From the human T2T-CHM13v2.0 reference genome, Homo sapiens: DNA of 64,000 bases. Of the stretch, positions 49,484 to 64,000 are shown in pieces; the stretch's first letter is position 1; the number at the start of each line of letters is the position of its first letter. The notes beneath the pieces were generated by a model. That model was given only the letters and a program-made list of their open reading frames with translations. It was not told where the DNA came from and searched no databases. Position numbers and translations under genes: made by a program. The DNA is taken from NCBI RefSeq assembly GCF_009914755.1, contig NC_060926.1; one strand, 5' to 3'.

Positions 49484-49619
49484 TAAGAAAATAGATCTTT
49501 AGTCAAAAGAATATGCTTATTTCTGTCTACTTGTTACACTACAGGAATTTTATCCTTATCCTTTTTGGCTTCTTTTGGTTCTGTGCATTCATTTCTTCAG
49601 GTGGAAAATGTTCAGCTAG

Positions 49620-53449
<3,830 letters not shown>

Positions 53450-53932
53450 TTAAATGGTTGTTATTTTATTCTCTTAAAAATGTTTCTCCCTCAATGTATG
53501 AGCTCACCCATAACCTGTTTTTATTGACCTTTTTATTCAAAGCCGCTGCTGCTGCTTTTAGTGTTAGGTGTACCACAGCCTCCCAGGTTTGTATCAGTGG
53601 GCCTCACTCTCTGTTATGAGTTTGCAGCCAGCCTGAGGGAGTGCATGTGTGCGTTTCACGGGGACTTCCCGGCCTTCCCTACTGCAGTGCAGCTAGTGAG
53701 AGCTTTCTTAAGCCCCGGCACCTAGTAAGTTACTTGCTTGTTGAACTGATTAGAACTGAACTGTGCCAGATCTGCCACTGTGACTCTTCCCTTTGACATT
53801 GGTAGCAATGCAACTGCCCTCATCATAGAGATATCAAACATTTTATGTTTTTCGTGGTTAAATCCATATGTTGTTTTCATAGTTCAAAGGTGTTATGGTC
53901 TTCATTATGATGAACTGCATTTTATTACCTGA

Positions 53933-54175
<243 letters not shown>

Positions 54176-54681
54176 TAATGTTATGTAATAGACAAATAAT
54201 AAAAAAGGAATGAGGCAAGTTAGCTAATTAGCTTTGTGGGGAGAGAAAAACACCTCCCATGAACTACTGAAAGATTGAAATTATTGGTGAAATCACTTTC
54301 TTCATCTTTGGAAACATAAGTTCATTTCTGAGTTCACCTTGTTTTCTACCCTCTACAACAGACTTGTGGGCTTTTATTTTCTGAAGTGACTTTGGATTCC
54401 CCAGAGAAGCCGTTTGGTTTTTATGACCTTTGCATAAGCATTTCAGTTTTTTATGACCTTTACATCACTTGCAGGGCCTTTGTATTCCTTCACCATTCCA
54501 AAAGGAGTAGGAACAAAAACTTGTATAATTTCTTTAAAAGCAAAAAAGTATTAATGTAAAGCCTAATTTTTTCATTACATTGAAACTTTCAACATCCAAA
54601 TAAGTAACACCAACTATATAACTGATGCCTCTAATGTGTGTGTATACATTGAAGCTCATTATAGAGAAAAATGAAAAATTG

Positions 54682-56502
<1,821 letters not shown>

Positions 56503-56693
56503 ATAAGGTGCTTTCTTACAGCTGGAGCAGAAGTTAACTGAAGGGGAGAGGTAGGGACATAGGGAGATCAGTGGGGAAATGTAAGGTGGTACCAAATTAA
56601 GGAGCATCTTGTTAGCTTTCTGAAAAACATGTTCACATTTACTTGCTTTTATTTCTTTTTTCTTTGCTCCTGGTATGTGTTTTGTAGGACTAG

Positions 56694-56840
<147 letters not shown>

Positions 56841-58001
56841 TGAAATTCATTTCATTGTTTTCTGTCTTTTAGTAAGATAATTTTCTATCTAGAAAAGAAT
56901 GTTACTTAATTTTGATAATTGTCTCAGAATTGTGTAAGTTTTATAAATATGTGTGATCATGTTATTATTGCCTTTATGTGAAATTTTAGAATATACACTC
57001 ATATTCTTGCCTGACGGTCCTGGGAAAAAAATAAAAACTTAAAAAAAATTAAAAAAGAAAATATACTCAAATTTTTTTTAATTCCATAATACTTATCTTT
57101 GACCCAATTAAAATTTAGTAGTCTTTGTTCCTTATGTTTGAAATCTATTTTCCTTGACCATACCTAAAATTTTATCTGTTTCTTTTCTTTGATCAGTGAA
57201 AATAATTTTTCTGGTTCTATTGATACCAGTCTATACAGCAGGTTTTATAAGAGTTCATGACCACTGGCCAAAGGCCAGTGAGAAAATAAACCTAGTCTGC
57301 TTTCATTATTAGACCATTTGAGTTCGAGATTTTGTATATTAACATCATGAGGGGCCGTGACTAAATTAAAAGGTGTAGACTTTCTGATAGAGCAAGAATA
57401 CTTCATATTACAAAATACATTTTCCATCAGTAACGCTCTTCATGACTCATGAAGTACCACCATAAAATAAACCAGTAGAAAGAATCTTTTTTTTAAACCT
57501 TGGAACCTTGCACTAGGATAATCTGTCATAACATAGAAGGTTAATAAAATATGTCTGAACTGTCCTTGATTAAGAGGATGCTAGAAAGACCAGAAAAGTC
57601 TCTTCAACAATAGAATTCCGCTGTAGAATGTTGACGCTTACGAAGACAGAAGGTAGATGAAACTAGCTGGCAACAATTGACAAATTTTATGTTATATGTT
57701 AAGATGCTAGTGGAAGGCTAAATCTCTTGTATACAAAAGATAGATGTTTGAGCATCACTTAAGTTTGCCACTGATAAAATGTTTGATGTCCAGGGTAAAT
57801 GCTATCTAGTTGAATGTTTGCAATACATGTTCAGACCTTTCCGTTGCTGTACTTTGCTGTTTAAAAATTGACTATACAAATGAGTTACTAACTTTTTAAT
57901 TGTGTAGCTGCTTTATTTTAGCTGTCTCTATAAACAAACGAATGGTCTCTGGAAGATTATCAGAAAAGTATATACATCTTATAGTTATGTCTTTCTTTCA
58001 G

Positions 58002-58096
58002 GTGATGTGGAAGAATTAGAAATTCAAGAAAAACCTGCTCTGAAAGTGTTCAAAAATATTACTGTAATACAAGAACCAGGCATGGTGGTATTAGAA
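58002..58096 (+). CDS. CPSF3: CPSF3 exon 14 ([32 protein letters not shown])
   Basis: tttcag/gtaaga; 95 nt. Confidence 0.95.
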
Positions 58097-58211
58097 GTAA
58101 GAAAAGATCATTTACCTAAACAATGAGGGGAAAAAAGTTTTAAAAAGAGTTCATGAACAATTGTAGAGAAAATTAGTTTCTTCCCAATTAGAAAAAGAAT
58201 ATTGTTGGAAA

Positions 58212-58216
<5 letters not shown>

Positions 58217-58262
<46 letters not shown>
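58217..58262. repeat. (TG)23 microsatellite
   Basis: Direct count. Confidence 0.97.
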
Positions 58263-58263
<1 letters not shown>

Positions 58264-58800
58264 TTTTAAGGATCAGCATTAAGTATAATTAAGTAGCTGA
58301 GCATTTTCTATGTAGTCACAAAAAAACCTAATAATAAATTAAGGGTTCTTATTTAGTATGTGTGATAAATATAGTCCTTTCCTATAAGTCTTACCTGATT
58401 TTGTGGTACTCCAGGATGTCTTTAGTTATATCAGAAGGTTTTACAATTCTTAAGGTAAAAATTTAATTCTGTTAAATTAAAACAAACTTAGGTACCACTC
58501 GTTAAAAGAGCAGAATTTTGAAGATTCAAATAAACAACAATAAAGTGACCCAAATCTGGAAAGGATAGAAATTATTAAATTAAGTGATATGGTTCCTATT
58601 AGAATTTTAAACTCCACCTTGTGGAGTTTGGAAGACAGATACCAAAGGAATTGCATGGTTGATTTTGATAGATTGGCACCTATTAAGTTTAAAGAAGGAC
58701 TTTCAAAGTGAGTCCTATCATTGAATAGTCCAGGGAGGTACCTTGTCTACTGCTATGCCCCAAGGTAGAATTGTATATAAATTGCCAAGGTAGATGGTGA

Positions 58801-63130
<4,330 letters not shown>

Positions 63131-64000
63131 TAGGAGGATCTTTTAAAAGATCATGAGTAAGTAGTGGTACAGAAGTTAGGAACGGTGACGTGGGGAAGAG
63201 GGTTAGGTGCGGAGAGCAGAATCACGCCCAGGGCTTTGGGCCACGCAGTTTTCAGCTGTAAGGCCCCCATCCTTCTAAGAGCACAGCTGGCCTTCACTTC
63301 CTATCTTAGTCTGTTCAGTTCAAATCAAATGCCACCAGGGTTGCTTTCTCTTCACTATATTTCTGATAGCCCTTTTATAAAATGAAGTCTTTTTTGTAAT
63401 ATAGTCAACTAATTAGAAATTGATATACTTTTCTGAAAAATGAAGTTTCTATGCAAAAATGGCACTTTTTTAGGCCGGTTAGGATGTTGTGTGACTACAA
63501 GGTCTTTGGTGATGTTTAGTGTCTGAGCTCTGCCAGCCTGTTTTCCATGTGGCAGAGGAGGGATCACAGAGATGTTGTCAGGATGTCATCTGCTGTTCTG
63601 ATGAGGGCTCTGCCTAGCGGTGATGCTGAAAAACAAGAGGTGCTGTGGTATGACAGATAATCTCCACATAGCTCGTGTGTGTTTTATAGGGGAAGGAATA
63701 CATGACCTGTCATAGGTTGGTTTGCCTTTATCTTGATTATTTCTCTTAATGCTCCGGTCCAAAATGAAATGTACCTTTACTCTGATCTGCAGTAATTGAA
63801 TTTAAATTAATTATCACTATATTATTAGTAATCCCTCTTATGCTAATAATAAAAACATTCCTTCCTTTGGTTAGCCTGTGGCCATTTCAGCAGAGGTTCA
63901 TTGCAGACAGGTTAGAACTGGGCTGTTTCCGTGTGTTCCGTGTATTTAGCATTTGTTCAGCTGGCTGGGTGCCTTGTGTTTCTTAGTTCTTCCCCATTTT

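Overview
Primate (almost certainly human) genomic DNA, recognised from the translated exons as the ASAP2 / ITGB1BP1 / CPSF3 cluster (2p25.1). The + strand carries the last four coding exons and 3'UTR of ASAP2 (Pro-rich linker and SH3 domain). The complete ITGB1BP1 (ICAP-1) gene lies on the - strand (7 exons; 603-nt CDS, 200 aa, reconstructed with consistent phases). It is tail-to-tail with ASAP2 and head-to-head with CPSF3 across a CpG-island bidirectional promoter. CPSF3 (CPSF73 endonuclease) exons 1-15 follow on the + strand, and the gene runs out of the window. Introns are very Alu-dense, with MIR, L2, L1M, MLT2 and hAT relics and two VNTRs. Almost all ORFs in the supplied track are Alu- or repeat-derived artefacts. 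No prokaryote-type system (CRISPR etc.) is present. The most interesting unexplained signals are post-transcriptional: (1) an interlocked bidirectional poly(A) site shared by ASAP2 and ITGB1BP1; (2) a 56/112-bp VNTR forming a hairpin array in the long ITGB1BP1 3'UTR; (3) a two-uORF arrangement around the ICAP-1 start codon; (4) a candidate 12-nt UGC-flanked microexon in CPSF3 intron 1. All of these are sequence-level hypotheses. Repeat boundaries are approximate.
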